A DNA stretch of 63,892 nt, counting the filler, from Octopus bimaculoides (Eukaryota): the NCBI RefSeq assembly GCF_001194135.2. It is 7 parts of 6 records of this genome, joined end to end, with 100 filler letters (N's around TTAATTAATTAA, not from the genome) between each part and the next. Parts side by side here need not be neighbours in the genome. Positions count along the whole stretch, not along the records: positions 57,244 to 62,671 come from NC_068981.1; positions 62,772 to 63,892 come from NW_026379235.1; 5 more parts are not named here. The stretch is one strand, 5' to 3'. Below are positions 61,701 to 63,892 of this stretch, piece by piece. The position numbers and the translations under genes were made by a program. Position 1 is the first letter of the stretch, and every line of letters begins with the position of its first letter. The notes below the pieces were generated by a model. That model was not told where the DNA came from, did not search any database, and worked only from the letters and a program-made list of their open reading frames with translations.

Positions 61701-62462
61701 TGCTCTCAGCCATATACTCATCCTTTCTCACCACCAAGAATAAAGATAATAATGATAAATTACAATAAAGTATCGAAAGGGTGTGAGCGGGAATGAATGG
61801 TCGGTTGGTGGAGGCGTGAAGAATTTGAGTGGACGTTAATGAAGGTGGGGAATTATGGTGGTATGGAGAACTGAAAATGGTGGGTGAAGAGATGAGAAGG
61901 AAGTAAATGATAATATGTGGTTTGAAGTCAATAGAGATTTCTCAGTTACGTGTATTTAAACTTGAACATATAAATGATGAACAGGTGCCAAAAGTTAAAT
62001 AATAAAATGATAATGATCCTTTCTATTATAGGTACAAGACCTAAATTATTGTGGGAGGGGACTACTCGATTACATCGATCCAAGTGTGCAACTGGTACTT
62101 ATTTCATCGACCACAAGGATGAAGGGCAAAGTCAACTTCGGTGGCATTTGAATTTAGAATGTAAAGACGGACGAAATGCCGCTAAGCATTTTATCCGGTG
62201 TTCTAACGATTCTTCCAAATAGAAAAAAGAGGAAAAATGGAAGAAAAGGAAGAAAAAAAACGAAGAAGAAGAAGAAGAAGAAGAAGAAGAAGAATGGAAT
62301 TAAGAAAATGAAGAGAAATAGATGGAGTAAAGGGGAAAGCAATGGGGGAAGAAAAATGACTACGGTATTAGATGGTATGTGAGTGAAGAGTCTTAATGGA
62401 ATAAGGTAATGGTACTGAAGCGAATTAAAAATAAAATACAAATATAAATTAAAGATGAATTA

Positions 62463-62630
62463 GGCGCAGGAGTGGCTGTGTGGTAAGTAGTTTGCTTACC
62501 AACCACATGGTTCCGGGTTCATTCCCACTGCATGGCATCTTCGGCAAGTGTCTTCTACTATAGCCTCGGGCCAACCAAAGCCTTGTGAGTGGATTTGGTA
62601 GATGGAAACTGAAAGAAACCTGTCGTATAT
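62463..62630 (+). mobile_element. tRNA-derived SINE family B (young-looking 5' part)
   Basis: ggcgcaggagtggctgtgtggtaagtag...ccgggttcattccc...aagtgtcttctactatagcctcgggcc. Confidence 0.85.
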
Positions 62631-62637
62631 ATGTATA

Positions 62638-62668
<31 letters not shown>

Positions 62669-63892
62669 GTANNNNNNNNNNNNNNNNNNNNNNNNNNNNN
62701 NNNNNNNNNNNNNNNTTAATTAATTAANNNNNNNNNNNNNNNNNNNNNNNNNNNNNNNNNNNNNNNNNNNNTACATACATACATACATACATACATACAT
62801 ACATACATACATACATAACGAGAGTGGGAAATAGATGAAAGGAGGAAGAGTGAGTGCCAAAAACCAAGAGAATGAACTGAGATTCATGCATTAACGATGC
62901 TATAGATACATGTACATACATTGGCCTTGTAAGAGGGTATGACATTCCTATATCATTTGTGTGTTACCGCGTGTTGAAGACTCGTGTGCCTTCCAGTGTT
63001 AACTGGAGACGTGTATATGTGATAATATGGGTTATTTCAATGACTTCTATTTGCATCATTTATACCATGAAGTGTAACTCATACATACGGAGATACACTG
63101 TCAAGTACACATGTACACATATAGATGCATCCATGCAAACAAATAAATAGATATTTGCATAGAAGCATAAATATACACGGGAAAATCCAGGCATAAAGTT
63201 TCAAATCCACAGATGAGTATATTATGTGTATAAAACACATATGTGCATACTCTCACCCATATAGTTTGTCTGTGTGAGACAAACTATATGGTTGTCTGTG
63301 TATATGTGTGTTAGTCCGTGAGCATATATGTGTGTTTGTGTAGCTATGAATATATATTGGGCTGCTCTATAGTTAGGATGTAGAGCNNNNNNNNNNGATA
63401 TTGATTGCAAGTGTCAACACCTGCTCACTGTGATGTATTTAGTGTTCTATCATGCAGCCTGTAAATACATCATGAAGATTCACAGACAAATATCTATGTG
63501 CAAACATGCATGCGCGTATTTGTATTGTTAACGTGTGTTTATTATATGAAGATCATAAGCCATAATTTCAGAGTAATAGTATTATCTGCTCCACATTGTG
63601 ATCATTATCAATAGTTTTACGATTAACTACTGCACACATAGACCGGTCTGCTTTATTGCAGAAGCTACTGAGTCATCAGGTGGTTTACACTTCTCTACTT
63701 GACCCGAACGCATATTGAAGATGTCTTTACATAATTCTCATTAATGGCTGACGAAATACACATACTTCTGAATTCAACTGATTTGATTGCTGTTGCGTGC
63801 AAATTTAACATTTTGCAAATATACTTTATATGTGATGTAGGTCATGGTGTTTAAGTGATGGATAGTAGAGTAGTTACATTCAATTGGAATAC

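Overview
AT-rich, repeat-dense animal genomic DNA. The SINE families and microsatellite content are those I recognise from coleoid cephalopods, most probably Octopus; this is recall, not a database result. Many N gaps are present, and six are artificial 100-bp joins (44 N + TTAATTAATTAA + 44 N), so long-range order is not guaranteed. One host gene can be built by hand: six + strand coding exons (1744-10352) that splice in frame with GT-AG boundaries into the C-terminal ~200 aa of a cation-dependent mannose-6-phosphate-receptor/ATG27-like type I membrane protein (MRH domain, TM helix, short tail ending YERI). Its 5' exon(s) lie upstream of the window. The rest is tRNA-derived SINEs, R4/Dong-like, RTE and CR1-like LINE relics, a Penelope-like GIY-YIG relic, near full-length decayed mariner and Tc1 elements, a Merlin fragment, MITEs and micro/minisatellites. 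Most ORFs in the supplied track are microsatellite or gap artefacts. The most interesting observations are: (1) a ~500-bp fold-back element at 20.1-20.6 kb made of two head-to-head tRNA-like Pol III units, each ending in a minimal hammerhead-ribozyme motif (intact in the right arm), with a deleted sibling at 45.1-45.3 kb; (2) a 212-nt G.U-biased Y-shaped RNA hairpin inside an intron of the receptor gene; (3) an apparent 3' splice-site shift that leaves the conserved Cys-Gln codons of the lectin domain in the intron; (4) a four-copy tandem array of piggyBac-like MITEs with a constant spacer; (5) a 297-bp near-perfect AT-rich palindrome.
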